Source: a virus
Taxonomy: Duplodnaviria; Caudoviricetes
DNA length: 64,000 nucleotides
Direction: 5' to 3' (one strand)
IMG/VR virus record: IMGVR_UViG_3300021090_000017
Location: 2,053-66,052 of that record
Positions 1-10,614 of this stretch are shown piece by piece. Both the position numbers and the translations under genes were made by a program. The stretch's first letter is position 1; every line of letters begins with the position of its first letter. The notes under the pieces are model-generated. The model searched no databases. It worked only from the letters and a program-made list of their open reading frames with translations, and was not told the DNA's origin.

Positions 1-309
1 ACCTTGCCAATCCCAATCTCTAATAATATGTGAAGTCTCTTTCAATAGAACAGTTGTTTGTCTCTGTTCATTAAATGAATTATCACTAGTAATTAAAGGA
101 TGATCCATTTCCCCATAGAAACTTCTACCTTTAATCATTCCTTCACAGTCTCTAATAGCTTGTTCAAGAACAGCCTTAGGATATACTCTTCCGTTTCTAT
201 TTTTTTCGTCAGCTGTTTGAATGGTCATCTTAAATATAGCTTTTCCTGGCGAAAAACTTTGTACATCTGCTTCTTGAATTAAAGCTTGCTCCTGTAAAAA
301 GAATGACAT
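1..309 (-). CDS. Prohead protease, T4 gp21-like (partial, runs off window start)
   Basis: Not in ORF track; manual translation from ATG 309: MSFFLQEQ...IQTADEKNRNGRVYPKAVLEQA...FYGEMDHP, matching gp21 motifs NRNGRxYP and GELDHP; GGAG RBS upstream; near portal. Confidence 0.88.
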   Translation of the reverse strand, partial: MSFFLQEQALIQEADVQSFSPGKAIFKMTIQTADEKNRNGRVYPKAVLEQAIRDCEGMIKGRSFYGEMDHPLITSDNSFNEQRQTTVLLKETSHIIRDWDWQG

Positions 310-342
310 ATTATTTATCTCCCTATTAAAATTTTATAATTA

Positions 343-2121
343 TTATTTATCTTCAGTAGCTTTTTCCTTCTCTTCCATATATTCTTTTAAATAATCATAG
401 ATTTCTTTTAAGAAACCATAATATCCAATAATAATTCCATCTATTCTATCTCTGAATAAACCGAAGTTTGAAATAACTGTATTAAATAAATCTATACTCT
501 TTGAAATATATGCTCTCATTTTTGTAAGTTTAGAATCAAGAATAGTTGATAAATACGAATCAATAGAAACTAATCTTGAGTGTATTTTCTTTAATTCATA
601 AACTCTAGTTACTTCATTATATGATAATGGTGGACCTGGGGGTACCATTCCTGCTGCTCCGCCCATGCTTGGATCAGTCATACCCATAGCATTTGGGTCC
701 ATTCCTCCGCCCATACCACCCATAGAAGGATCCATCCCAGTAGCACCACCTGGCATTCCGCCAGTCATCATACTTGGGTCCATTCCTGGCTGTCCTGTTG
801 GTGGCATACCTACACCTTGTTGTGGTGGCATACCCATAGAAGGATCCATACCTGGCATTCCACCTCCCATTGCATTAGGATCTTGCATTGGTTGTTGTCC
901 CATCATACTTGGGTCCATTCCTGGCTGTCCTGCTGGTGGCATACCCATAAAAGGATCTTGCATTTGGGGTTGCTGTCCACTCATTACATTATTTGGATCT
1001 AATCCTGGCTGCATACCACTAGCCATTGTAGATGGGTCAAAGCTTACAGGTGGTTGTTGAGCAGCAATTGCATTAGGATCTTGCATTGGTTGTTGAGGAA
1101 TCATACCTGGCTGACCCATCTGGAATTGATTGGGTTGTGGCTGAGGAGATTTTTGTTGTGGAATTCCTTGTTCAGTTACTTCATCCTCATCACTATTCTT
1201 CTTTTTTGGTATTCCAAAATCATTTCCATCATCTTCATCTGTATCATTAGTTTCATCACTAGCATCTTCTTCATTATCTTTTTTTTGACGATAATATTTT
1301 AAATCAGCTAGCATATCAGAATCATGTCTTCCTTCACTTCCTTCTTCATCCTCTGGGTCAGACTCATCTGATGTTTCTTCATCACCAGATATATCATCTT
1401 GAGGAACTTCCTCATCAGGAAGTGTTTCATCAGGAATTTCTTCATCACTAGGAATGTCATCTGTTTGTGGTTCATCATATGGGTTACTGTCATCTGGCAT
1501 TTCTTCATCGCTAGAAATATCATCTTGAGGAACTTCCTCATCAGGAAGTGTTTCATAATCTGGTATTTCTTCTCCAGTATCCTGACTCATATCATCTTGA
1601 GGTAATTCTTCTCCTGTAATATCTTGATTAGGATCTTCAACACCATTAGGTATTTCTTCTCCAGTATCATCTGTTTGTGGTTCATCATATGGGTTACTGT
1701 CATCTGGCATTTCTTCGCCAGTATCTTGACCACTAATATCTTCTGGTTGTTCTCCAGACATATCATCTTGAGGTAATTCTTCGCCAGTATCTTGACCACT
1801 AATATCTTCTGGCTGCTCTTCTCCTGATATAGAAGGCATCTCACCTGGGACTTCTTCTCCATTATTATCCTCAGGCATATCATCTTTCTTCATTTGTTTA
1901 GGATCACCACCAGAAAACATTCCATTAAATATAGTTTTCTTTAGATTATCAAACCCACCTTCTAATGAATCACTATCAGTGGGCATAGATATAACATCTG
2001 GTGTACTAGGTTCAATTGTTGGTTCGTCTAACATTCTTCTTCTCTCGAAGATGCTAATCATATTAGATTCTTTAATATATCTTTTTTCTAAAAGATCATG
2101 TATATTCTTATTCTTACTCAT
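343..2121 (-). CDS. Low-complexity acidic and Gly/Met/Pro/Gln-rich protein, candidate prohead core protein
   Basis: 592 aa between portal and prohead protease; internal repeats (DDSNPYDEPQTDD x2, EQPEDISGQDTGEE x2, many GMDPSM); helical C-terminus. Confidence 0.5.
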   Translation of the reverse strand: MSKNKNIHDLLEKRYIKESNMISIFERRRMLDEPTIEPSTPDVISMPTDSDSLEGGFDNLKKTIFNGMFSGGDPKQMKKDDMPEDNNGEEVPGEMPSISGEEQPEDISGQDTGEELPQDDMSGEQPEDISGQDTGEEMPDDSNPYDEPQTDDTGEEIPNGVEDPNQDITGEELPQDDMSQDTGEEIPDYETLPDEEVPQDDISSDEEMPDDSNPYDEPQTDDIPSDEEIPDETLPDEEVPQDDISGDEETSDESDPEDEEGSEGRHDSDMLADLKYYRQKKDNEEDASDETNDTDEDDGNDFGIPKKKNSDEDEVTEQGIPQQKSPQPQPNQFQMGQPGMIPQQPMQDPNAIAAQQPPVSFDPSTMASGMQPGLDPNNVMSGQQPQMQDPFMGMPPAGQPGMDPSMMGQQPMQDPNAMGGGMPGMDPSMGMPPQQGVGMPPTGQPGMDPSMMTGGMPGGATGMDPSMGGMGGGMDPNAMGMTDPSMGGAAGMVPPGPPLSYNEVTRVYELKKIHSRLVSIDSYLSTILDSKLTKMRAYISKSIDLFNTVISNFGLFRDRIDGIIIGYYGFLKEIYDYLKEYMEEKEKATEDK

Positions 2122-2124
2122 ATT

Positions 2125-4101
2125 TTAAAATCCTCCGCCCCCAGGAATGCCGCCGCCCATTCCACCCATTCCTCCATTTAAGTTTCCCATTCCTTCCATG
2201 CCGGTTTGGTCTTGTTCACCACCTGGGGTAGTATTTAAATTTTTATCTATCTTTGAACTAATCTCATAATTTTTAAGTTCTTCCCAATCAATACCAGTTA
2301 GATACTTCTTCTTTGAATATTCTCTTGGAATACCAATTTCTTCTAATGATCTAATTAAACTAACTAAGTCTGTTATATATTTTGATTCTCTTTCAAATTG
2401 TAATGACTTTGGAGGAGCAAATGAAATATGTACATTTGTCAATACATCTAATGACATTTCAGGATCATATAGAGTATAAACTTTCTCTATCAATGCATTT
2501 ATTTGTTCGGATAAATACTTCTGATGCCCTATAATAGTTCTAGCAAAAAGAATATTCTCTTCACTTAAAGCTGACTTATTAGATAAATTTTCTTCTATGT
2601 TTAAGAAAGCTGCAGGAACTCCTAATGAAGCAACTAATGAATCTCTTACAAATTTTAATTCTTCAACTTTAGATCTTGCATCAGAACCTGCATCTTGGAA
2701 TGAACTAACATCAACAAAATTCTTTCCATCTTTTCTAGGAAGATATATATCTTCAAAAGTTGAAATCATTGATGGTATTGTATCTACACTACCAAATGAA
2801 TCAAGACTTACTTTTCTCTTATTGAATGTTTCTTTTAATTCTTCAATAACATTCTTAGCATCTCGTGGTAATCCTATTTCAACTTCAATCTTTCTCTTCT
2901 CAGTTGATCTATTGATTCTTTGAATTGCAATAGCTGTTTCCATTGAAACCAATACTTTAGATAAGAATACAGTAGAGTCAAATATACTTTCTCCATAAGG
3001 AAAATATTTAGTAGAAGGAACTGTGAAGTGTTGCATTCTCTCAGGTGGAACATATCTAATTTCCATTGTAGAAATTAAATTAGCAGGGGTTGCCATTCTT
3101 TTAACTAGTTCTTTTAATTCATCAATATCAGTTATTTCACCCATCTGAGGGATTTTTGTTTGAAGATTTTTTAGAATATTCATGCATATACTATTTACAG
3201 CTTGGTCTTCTAATGATGCAACTTGAGCAACTCCAAACTTAGGAAATACTAAGTAACCAAAACATATAGGAAACATGCTACTTTGAAGTTTAACTACTCT
3301 ATCAGGCTCATGATAAACTAACATTAAATCTATTAGTTTCTTTTCATTTCTTATCGTAGTATCATCAATTTGTACATCTTCATATAAATAATTTTGACCA
3401 TCTACTTCTCCTAAATATTGTCTAGTCTCTTCATATAAACTATAGTCTATTTTTATTTTAATAGAACTAACTTCATCAATATTCTCAACTATTATATTAT
3501 CATTATTTCTATTTTCTAATCCTTCTAATATTAAAGATCTTGAAAGAAGAGCTCTCTTTGAGTTAGTAACTTCACAATAAAAATCTCCATATAATAATGT
3601 ATTTTTAACAATTACATTTAGATTTTTCTCTAACTTTAGTTTAGTTATTAATTCTTTAACTGAAGTAACCTTATTATCTGTTTGGATTGAATCGTCATCT
3701 TCCATTAATTTTTTTGGTTTAATTTCTAATGCAACCTTAGTAATATCATCTGGAGATAAAATGTTATCCACTATAACATTCAATGCTCTATGACAATAGT
3801 TTATATTAGTTACAATTGATTGGTATAATTTATATCTATTTAACTTCCCAGCTTGACCAAATGACGCTGGAGATGCCATTCCTTGATTGAATGAATTTCC
3901 TTCTCCTTGTTTAAAAGAAAAACTATTTCCAAATTGTTTACTAATTAAATTTTTAACTAAATTTATATAACTCTTACTAGTAGTAGTTTGTCTAAATGAA
4001 GATATATCTTTAATAGCTTGATCTAAAGATTTATCTATATCTTCAGTAGAGGTATTTAATATAGTTTTTCTTAGTTTCTCAAAAGAGTCTTTTACTGACA
4101 T
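2125..4101 (-). CDS. Portal protein, T4 gp20-like
   Basis: 658 aa; PYGESIFD, METAIAIQRINRSTEKR, EDIYLPRKDG, SLGVPAAFL motifs; next to prohead protease. Confidence 0.85.
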   Translation of the reverse strand: MSVKDSFEKLRKTILNTSTEDIDKSLDQAIKDISSFRQTTTSKSYINLVKNLISKQFGNSFSFKQGEGNSFNQGMASPASFGQAGKLNRYKLYQSIVTNINYCHRALNVIVDNILSPDDITKVALEIKPKKLMEDDDSIQTDNKVTSVKELITKLKLEKNLNVIVKNTLLYGDFYCEVTNSKRALLSRSLILEGLENRNNDNIIVENIDEVSSIKIKIDYSLYEETRQYLGEVDGQNYLYEDVQIDDTTIRNEKKLIDLMLVYHEPDRVVKLQSSMFPICFGYLVFPKFGVAQVASLEDQAVNSICMNILKNLQTKIPQMGEITDIDELKELVKRMATPANLISTMEIRYVPPERMQHFTVPSTKYFPYGESIFDSTVFLSKVLVSMETAIAIQRINRSTEKRKIEVEIGLPRDAKNVIEELKETFNKRKVSLDSFGSVDTIPSMISTFEDIYLPRKDGKNFVDVSSFQDAGSDARSKVEELKFVRDSLVASLGVPAAFLNIEENLSNKSALSEENILFARTIIGHQKYLSEQINALIEKVYTLYDPEMSLDVLTNVHISFAPPKSLQFERESKYITDLVSLIRSLEEIGIPREYSKKKYLTGIDWEELKNYEISSKIDKNLNTTPGGEQDQTGMEGMGNLNGGMGGMGGGIPGGGGF

Positions 4102-4114
4102 TTATAGCTCCTTT

Positions 4115-4579
4115 TTATCTTCTCTTATTAAGTAAATTACTTAATGTAGTTTCAGCTGAATTAAAAGTATTATTTTTATTAATCATATCATCTACTTGGT
4201 TTTGTCTAATTTCATCTCCTTCAAATCTTGTGTTGAAGTAATCTATTAAATTTAAAATCAATGTTTCTTTATCTCCATATAAATACATTAAATCTCTCTC
4301 TAATCTAGGCCCAATAAATCTAAGAACTAATTTAGAAAAATCTTTGGCAGCTGCAGTAACTTCATCTTCAGAAGGTTTTGTAGCCTCAAGAGAGAATATT
4401 AAAATTCTATCTTTATGAATCATATCATATGCTTTCTCTTCATGAAATTGAAGGACCGCAAGATATGAATTAAATTTATCTATATATTCTAATGAAACCT
4501 TTCTATAAAAATATTTACTTATAGAAAAACAAAGTAATATAAAACCTAATGTTGCAATTAAAGATAAAAATGTATTCAC
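4115..4579 (-). CDS. Hypothetical membrane-anchored protein
   Basis: N-terminal hydrophobic helix, GGAG RBS, in operon with portal. Confidence 0.55.
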   Translation of the reverse strand: MNTFLSLIATLGFILLCFSISKYFYRKVSLEYIDKFNSYLAVLQFHEEKAYDMIHKDRILIFSLEATKPSEDEVTAAAKDFSKLVLRFIGPRLERDLMYLYGDKETLILNLIDYFNTRFEGDEIRQNQVDDMINKNNTFNSAETTLSNLLNKRR

Positions 4580-4587
4580 GTTATCTC

Positions 4588-4821
4588 CTAATCTGAAATT
4601 GTATCCACATGTTCAGTTTCTTCTTTAATAGAAACTGCTATGATCTTATTTGGTCTAATTACATGATTACCACTTGTTGTTTTTAATATTACTATTTTAT
4701 TAACATCAAATATTTCAGACATCTTTTTAGTATAAGTATCTAAATCTGTGTTATCATTATCTTGAATGATAATAGGATTCTTTCTTTCATAAAAAATAGA
4801 TATATTCTTCATATATTTCAC
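4588..4821 (-). CDS. Hypothetical protein
   Basis: ORF overlapping upstream stop. Confidence 0.5.
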   Translation of the reverse strand: MKYMKNISIFYERKNPIIIQDNDNTDLDTYTKKMSEIFDVNKIVILKTTSGNHVIRPNKIIAVSIKEETEHVDTISD

Positions 4822-5111
4822 CTTTCAAAAAATTTCTCTTCATTTAAAAAAGATTCTAATATAGTTTCATGTTTGATTTCTTTATTATTATTTTGTTCTT
4901 GATTTTGTTTAGATATAATTCTTACATTTTTATTTTCAACTTCTACATTTTCTTCTATCAAATAATCATTTATTGATTCTGATTTAAATTTAGATTTTAT
5001 TTTATTTATTTCAATTTCAGTTCCTATAAAGGTAAGTGGTGTTCTACATAACTTATTTCTAATATATAACATTCTTCCAGGAGTTTTAACTGTAAGTTTA
5101 AAGTTCTTCAT
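4818..5111 (-). CDS. Hypothetical protein, weakly similar to N-terminus of 38986..39591
   Basis: KLTVKTPGRMLYIRNKLCRTP vs KLIIDDLGYTLIINGKEYKSP. Confidence 0.5.
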   Translation of the reverse strand: MKNFKLTVKTPGRMLYIRNKLCRTPLTFIGTEIEINKIKSKFKSESINDYLIEENVEVENKNVRIISKQNQEQNNNKEIKHETILESFLNEEKFFER

Positions 5112-5135
5112 TCTATTTTTCCTTTCAGACCATGT

Positions 5136-5170
5136 AAAAAAAGACGGGTAGCTTTAACTACCCGTCTTTT
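5136..5170 (-). terminator. Intrinsic terminator
   Basis: aaaagacgggtag-ctttaa-ctacccgtctttt stem with A/T tracts, downstream of 5191..6171. Confidence 0.8.
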
Positions 5171-5190
5171 AAGTCTAAATTAAACTTATT

Positions 5191-6171
5191 TTATGCTCTT
5201 GTATCTTTTGAACTAATTTTATCGTCTTCCATAAAAAATGATTCTAATTCTGATAATTTCTTTTCTGTATCATCTTCATCTTCATCATTATCTTCTGTGC
5301 TAGCATCTTTCTTATCATCAGCATCAGGCTCTTTATGGGAATCTTCCTCTTCTTCTTTTTCTTCTGCTTCTACTTGCTCTCTAAACATTTGGAACATTTC
5401 TTCGATATGTTCCTTGGTAATTTTCTTTTCTGGATCTTCTACTGTTCCACCCTTACCATCTTTTGACTCGGCAGGATCTCCTGCTGGTTCAGTATCTGGT
5501 TCATCACTTGCTTCTTTTCCATCAATCTTTGAATCAGCTTCCATTTGCTCAATTAATTTTGAAAGAATTGCATTCTCAGCTGTCAATTCTTTTTTTTCTT
5601 CCTTTTCTTCCTTTTCCTCATATGAATCATTATCATCATTTGATGAACCTTTACCAACTACTTTTAATGGAGTTCCGCCTTCTTTCATTTCACTCTCCAT
5701 TAACATTCTAATAGCTTCTGAAACTTTTTCTACTTCTTTATCATCTTCTTTATCTTCTTTATCTTCACCTTCTTTATCTTCTTCTTTATCTTCACCTTCT
5801 TCTTTGTGCTCTTCATCATCTTCTTTCAATGTTCCAGATGTTTCGCCGGCAATATCTTTTTCAATCTGGTCCATTGATGCATCTCCACCCTTACCATCTG
5901 TTGATGCTGCGATATCACCTACTGGTTCAGTATCAGGTTCATCGTTTACTGGGTTATCAATCTTTGTGTCTGACTCTTGTTCCTTGAAATAATATCTTTC
6001 AAGAATTGAGGCTGCATCTGATGTTTTTTTGTTTGTTTCATATCCGTCTAGTTTTCCATCATAACCTATGATGTTGTCTAGCATTGGTCCTTTAACATCT
6101 ACCTTTGACGCATTAGTTGTATAATCGCCAGATGCTGCTTCTTTTAATAACTGAATATAAGATTTCTTCAT
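5191..6171 (-). CDS. Highly acidic protein, candidate scaffold/internal head protein
   Basis: E/D/K-rich; duplicated DEPDTEPxGD..DGKGG motif; N-terminal YIQLLKE leader; class II promoter motif upstream. Confidence 0.5.
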   Translation of the reverse strand: MKKSYIQLLKEAASGDYTTNASKVDVKGPMLDNIIGYDGKLDGYETNKKTSDAASILERYYFKEQESDTKIDNPVNDEPDTEPVGDIAASTDGKGGDASMDQIEKDIAGETSGTLKEDDEEHKEEGEDKEEDKEGEDKEDKEDDKEVEKVSEAIRMLMESEMKEGGTPLKVVGKGSSNDDNDSYEEKEEKEEKKELTAENAILSKLIEQMEADSKIDGKEASDEPDTEPAGDPAESKDGKGGTVEDPEKKITKEHIEEMFQMFREQVEAEEKEEEEDSHKEPDADDKKDASTEDNDEDEDDTEKKLSELESFFMEDDKISSKDTRA

Positions 6172-6260
6172 TTTGTACTTCCTCCTAGATAAGTTAAGTA
6201 TTTAATAAAATACTTTTAGATCAAATTTTTATTATGTTCTTCCAATTATAAGTTTGGTTT

Positions 6261-6959
6261 TTAGATCTGATCTAGTTTTAAATTTTCTATTAAACTAGGA
6301 TTAGTTAACATAGTTGAACTTATAGATATAGTTTTACATCCACAATATTCATTTAAATAATTAATATCATCTAAAGTTACAAAGGAAGAACCATATATAT
6401 TTAATCCTTCTTTATTAAACTTCTTTATATATGGCCAATTATATTTTTGAGATAACTTCCCAGACATACCACCAAACCAACATGGAACTGAATTTACTAA
6501 TATTCCTTTAATTTTATTAAGGTCATATTTATATGGGTCTTGTAAATAGTTTAACTTTAGATATAATGGGTGTTTAGATTTAGGAATATTTTTATTTTTC
6601 ATATCCTTTACATTCGGACAGGAAAAAGACAATTGGATTCCCTTTATATTATCTATATTATTAAGTCTAAATACTAACTCATTTATTTGTATATCACTTC
6701 CAGCAATAGAAACTATTAAATTATCATTTTTATAATTTAATATATTTTCTAAAAACCAATTATATCCATTATTGTGATGAGAAACATGATTATAAATTGT
6801 ATTACCTATTTTAACTATTGCAAAAGGATATCCTTTTGTTTCATTTAATGTTATAGTTTTAGTCACTATTGGAAATGAAGGAAATTTATAATTAAATATT
6901 TTATGCCAAATATATCCATTTCCAAAACCCATAGATCCTGACCCATAAATATAATTCAT
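6261..6959 (-). CDS. Dihydroorotate dehydrogenase-like flavoprotein (divergent, short)
   Basis: VTKTIT, LIVSIAG, SCPNV, LYLKL, GGMSG motifs of class 1 DHODH. Confidence 0.65.
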   Translation of the reverse strand: MNYIYGSGSMGFGNGYIWHKIFNYKFPSFPIVTKTITLNETKGYPFAIVKIGNTIYNHVSHHNNGYNWFLENILNYKNDNLIVSIAGSDIQINELVFRLNNIDNIKGIQLSFSCPNVKDMKNKNIPKSKHPLYLKLNYLQDPYKYDLNKIKGILVNSVPCWFGGMSGKLSQKYNWPYIKKFNKEGLNIYGSSFVTLDDINYLNEYCGCKTISISSTMLTNPSLIENLKLDQI

Positions 6960-8443
6960 TATATATCTCCAAAACCTCCAAACCCCATAGAATTTTCATT
7001 GGTAGCATTAGGTTTTTTACTATTAGCCATCTTAACTGCAGTTTGGAATCTGAATACCTCAAAGTTAACATTGAAGTCTAATGATAGCCCAGACTTGCCA
7101 CTTCTATTTTTACCAACCTTAAAATGGACTACCTTATCATCTACTGGATCTTTAGATAACAATGCAACAAAGTCAGCATGTTCAACCTTCTTAATAGACT
7201 CACCAATTTGAGCCAAATTAAGTTCTTGTGAAGTTTGAATTTTATAAGTTTCTCTTCCTAATTGTGTTGCTGTAATAACAGGAATTGCATATTCAACTGC
7301 TAATGACTTTAATGCTACAGTTATCTGCCCTAACTCTAATCTATATATATCATACTTAATATCAGTTCTTAATAAGTCAAGGTAATCAATATATAAACCT
7401 TTAATAGAATCCTTACCATATGTTGATATTGCATCATCTAATACAGTCATAATATCAAGAGTTGAAATTGATGAAGCTGGAAAATAATGCATAATAATAG
7501 TACTATTATTTTTATCTAACTCTCTAATTACTTCAGCTTTAATATTTACATTAGAACTTATATCTCTTAAAACTTGAACTAATGTTTTATTAAATATTGA
7601 TTGATATATTCTCAATAGAGATTCTTCAATTGTATTCTCTAATGTAATATAAACGTAAACATCTTTACCTTCCTTCTTTTGAACCTTATCTATTTTTGTA
7701 ATAGGTATAGTTGCTGCATTAGTCATCATATTACAAAGGATAGTTGATTTTCCTGATCCTGAGCTTCCACCAAATACATACAACCTTGAAGCATCGAATC
7801 CGCCATTTAAAACTTCATTATCTAAAATAGGAAACCCAGTAGATGTCTTATTACACTTATCATATTTTTTAACAATAGTTTCAACTACATGAGTATAATC
7901 ATCTTTCATTAAATCTAATGATGAAGTTGCTTCAATCATCGCTGACCTATTATTATCCATCATATTTGTATATAATGTTTTAACAATATTCTCATAATCT
8001 AAAACTATATCATCTATAGATTCAAATGAACCATCTTTAATAACTGTTAAAAAGTTTCCTAATTTATCATGGTTAGTTAAAAGACTTCCTAATTTCTTTC
8101 TAAGTCTTATTTGTTTTATATTATCAAGTATATCATTTTCATGTAATTGCTCTTCTCTTTTACTATGTAAAAAATCATGTAATGGTCTAAATTTTTCACT
8201 TAGAGATAAACTATCCATTATATTATCATCAGTTTTATCTTCTAGTTTTAACTCACATATTTTAAGCAAACATTCAAGCTTATTTTGAATGTTTATTGGA
8301 ATCTCTTTCTTTTCTTTTTTGCTTGTTGTATACTCTGATAGAGTTTCCATTATATCTCTAAATAGTAATTTATCTTTTCTAACTTTAGAATGTTTATTTA
8401 ATATAATTGAATAACAAGAATTGACATATTGTTCTGTTATCAT
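6959..8443 (-). CDS. Replicative helicase, DnaB/T4 gp41-like
   Basis: STGFPILD, GGSSGSGKS Walker A, YITLE, IDYLDLL, TATQLGR, KNRSG. Confidence 0.9.
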   Translation of the reverse strand: MITEQYVNSCYSIILNKHSKVRKDKLLFRDIMETLSEYTTSKKEKKEIPINIQNKLECLLKICELKLEDKTDDNIMDSLSLSEKFRPLHDFLHSKREEQLHENDILDNIKQIRLRKKLGSLLTNHDKLGNFLTVIKDGSFESIDDIVLDYENIVKTLYTNMMDNNRSAMIEATSSLDLMKDDYTHVVETIVKKYDKCNKTSTGFPILDNEVLNGGFDASRLYVFGGSSGSGKSTILCNMMTNAATIPITKIDKVQKKEGKDVYVYITLENTIEESLLRIYQSIFNKTLVQVLRDISSNVNIKAEVIRELDKNNSTIIMHYFPASSISTLDIMTVLDDAISTYGKDSIKGLYIDYLDLLRTDIKYDIYRLELGQITVALKSLAVEYAIPVITATQLGRETYKIQTSQELNLAQIGESIKKVEHADFVALLSKDPVDDKVVHFKVGKNRSGKSGLSLDFNVNFEVFRFQTAVKMANSKKPNATNENSMGFGGFGDI

Positions 8444-8754
8444 TTCCCCTCCAATATATCTATTTTATCTAAAAGATTTTTTAATAAAATCTTTCCATAT
8501 TTTAATTCTTTATAACCAATTTCTATTTTAATATCTTCTAAATTCATAATATTTAAAATAGCTTCAAATCTTTTATTTATTCCATTTAAATAATCAATAG
8601 AAAAAATATAGTCAATTGATACTTCATGTCCTGATTTTAATAAACTAATCTCTGATTGGTTTTCTAATATATTAATAGATTTATTTATAATATCTCTATT
8701 ATTATCAGAGATATCAAGTTTAATATTTATAGTAATTTTTTCTTCTCTACTCAT
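8440..8754 (-). CDS. Hypothetical protein
   Basis: ORF overlapping both neighbours. Confidence 0.5.
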   Translation of the reverse strand: MSREEKITINIKLDISDNNRDIINKSINILENQSEISLLKSGHEVSIDYIFSIDYLNGINKRFEAILNIMNLEDIKIEIGYKELKYGKILLKNLLDKIDILEGK

Positions 8755-9166
8755 TATTAACTCCTAAACTATTCAAAATTTCTTTATCTATTTCTTTAGC
8801 TAAATGATCTGACATAGATTGTATCATTTCCTGTTCTACATCAACTCCTTGAAATGCTTTCAAATCTGCGACAGCATCTAAAGACCAATTAGTTCTAAAA
8901 CCTTTCCTCTTTGGTCTATTATATAACTTATCTAACCACTCAACTTTTCCAGTACCATTACAAAAACTACATTTATTATTATCTCTAACATCTTTAAAAT
9001 TAGGATCTGCTCCAGTGCCATTACACTTATTACATTCTTCAAGACAGTCTTCTTCTTTTGTTATACCCTTAATATTTACAGTAGTCATATTTAAAGTTTT
9101 TTGCCCCCACAATGTAACACCTCCTGATGGAATTTTAATTGGATTAATACTACTATCATAAATCAT
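8747..9166 (-). CDS. Zn-finger protein carrying tail-sheath and major-capsid fragments
   Basis: aa1-25 YDSSINPI..GG..WGQKTL (gp18-like); CxxCxGxG x2 + KVEW; aa87-134 RTNWSLDAVADLKAFQGVDVEQEM..EIDKEIL (gp23-like). Confidence 0.75.
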   Translation of the reverse strand: MIYDSSINPIKIPSGGVTLWGQKTLNMTTVNIKGITKEEDCLEECNKCNGTGADPNFKDVRDNNKCSFCNGTGKVEWLDKLYNRPKRKGFRTNWSLDAVADLKAFQGVDVEQEMIQSMSDHLAKEIDKEILNSLGVNNE

Positions 9167-10548
9167 TAAAACCCCAATATCCTTTCGTTTGTTAAATTCT
9201 TAAACTCATCTTTAGCTAAGAATTTATTTACTATAGACTTACAATAATCTTCATCTAATGACTTCAATAACTCTAATGAAGTCACAACACTATTTGTCTT
9301 TGAAGTTTGTTTTTTTGTTATCTTACCACCATTCAAATTTCTAATAGTTATTTCAACATTAGTATTAAATTCATCTATATTACCAGACCTATATAATTCA
9401 TAACTATTATCCACAAACTTTCTCATCTCTTCTTGAACTCTTGAATATAAGTCTAAAGACTGAAGCATTAAATATACTTTAACATCTTCATGAAATGTTC
9501 CTGTTTCTGTACTATAAACTTCAAAAGGTTTAGGAATTGACTTCATATTATGTCTTGAGCATATTTCGTCTAAATGAATTTCAAGTACATCATTAACCTT
9601 AAGATCATTTTTATATCTTAAATATAACTCATTTGTTCTTAAATCAATCTTTTTAATAATACCATCATCATATATAAAAAGTCTTCTGCCAATCATTAAA
9701 CCTTTAAATAGCCCAGAAGAATCATAAGTAATATTTAATTCAATTCCATGACATTCTAAAACATGCTTTCTAAATAACTCATATACTAATACATCTCTAA
9801 AATTAGCACCACCTAAAACATGAAAGTCTAAATACCTTCTTCCATATTTTTTTGCTTGATTTAGTAAAGGTATTAATGGCAGAATATAAATTAGACACGG
9901 TATATTTGAATCTGAAGATGCATTAGCTACGATACCTCCAGTACCATGATGTTGGAAATCATTAAACATATCATCTTTATGAAGTATGTCAGTGAAAATT
10001 CTCCATAACTCAGGAGTTCTGAAGTGATGAATATATATAATTTTATCTCTAACATTTTTAGGAAGTTGTCTAGCGGTATTATATGACCTTAAATTAAAAT
10101 CATGCACATCATTAAAGTCATGGAAGATTGGGCAATTAGGACCTGGCGGAACATCTAAAATAAAAGCTCTATCATATACATCTACATGATCTACAAGAAA
10201 TTTATAATACATTTCAAATAGAAGTTTGGTTTCTTCTCTTGTTAATTCTCCAATAGATATTTGGAAACCACCAGAGTCTACATGAAATAATGAATTATCA
10301 GCTAGTTTAGTATCTCTACAAATTTTAAAAAGGTTAGCTTCTTGTTCATTATAGTTTGCATACTTTTTCTTTCCTTTAAAATTTTGTCCAAAACTATGTA
10401 ATCCACCAGTTATAGTATCGCCCAAAAAATTTGAGATATCTTGTCTAGTGAATTGGTTATCAAATCTTCCTTTTTTATTCAATAAAAAACTATTAATAAT
10501 TGTATATAACGTTTCCATCCCAGCAACTATATATCCAGATCTAAGCAT
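9166..10548 (-). CDS. TGT/DpdA-like transglycosylase
   Basis: VDSGGFQI, FILDVPP, FHVLG, TYDSS motifs of the TGT fold; QueE and QueC in window. Confidence 0.75.
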   Translation of the reverse strand: MLRSGYIVAGMETLYTIINSFLLNKKGRFDNQFTRQDISNFLGDTITGGLHSFGQNFKGKKKYANYNEQEANLFKICRDTKLADNSLFHVDSGGFQISIGELTREETKLLFEMYYKFLVDHVDVYDRAFILDVPPGPNCPIFHDFNDVHDFNLRSYNTARQLPKNVRDKIIYIHHFRTPELWRIFTDILHKDDMFNDFQHHGTGGIVANASSDSNIPCLIYILPLIPLLNQAKKYGRRYLDFHVLGGANFRDVLVYELFRKHVLECHGIELNITYDSSGLFKGLMIGRRLFIYDDGIIKKIDLRTNELYLRYKNDLKVNDVLEIHLDEICSRHNMKSIPKPFEVYSTETGTFHEDVKVYLMLQSLDLYSRVQEEMRKFVDNSYELYRSGNIDEFNTNVEITIRNLNGGKITKKQTSKTNSVVTSLELLKSLDEDYCKSIVNKFLAKDEFKNLTNERILGF

Positions 10549-10614
10549 TATTTGCTCCTTCGATAGATTTCATAAATTCAATTTATAATATGTTCTTATA
10601 CTATTTAAATAGAT

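Noticed and set aside
100-282. Plus-strand 60-aa ORF
   Set aside because: Antisense shadow of the gp21-like protease at 1..309
1390-1830. Direct DNA repeats suggestive of CRISPR or DGR
   Set aside because: In-frame coding repeats, irregular spacing, no unique spacers, no cas or reverse transcriptase seen
665-1883. Several short ORFs overlapping 343..2121
   Set aside because: Shadow frames produced by low-complexity repeats
5297-5992. 231-aa Ser-rich plus-strand ORF
   Set aside because: Antisense of the E/D/K-rich gene 5191..6171
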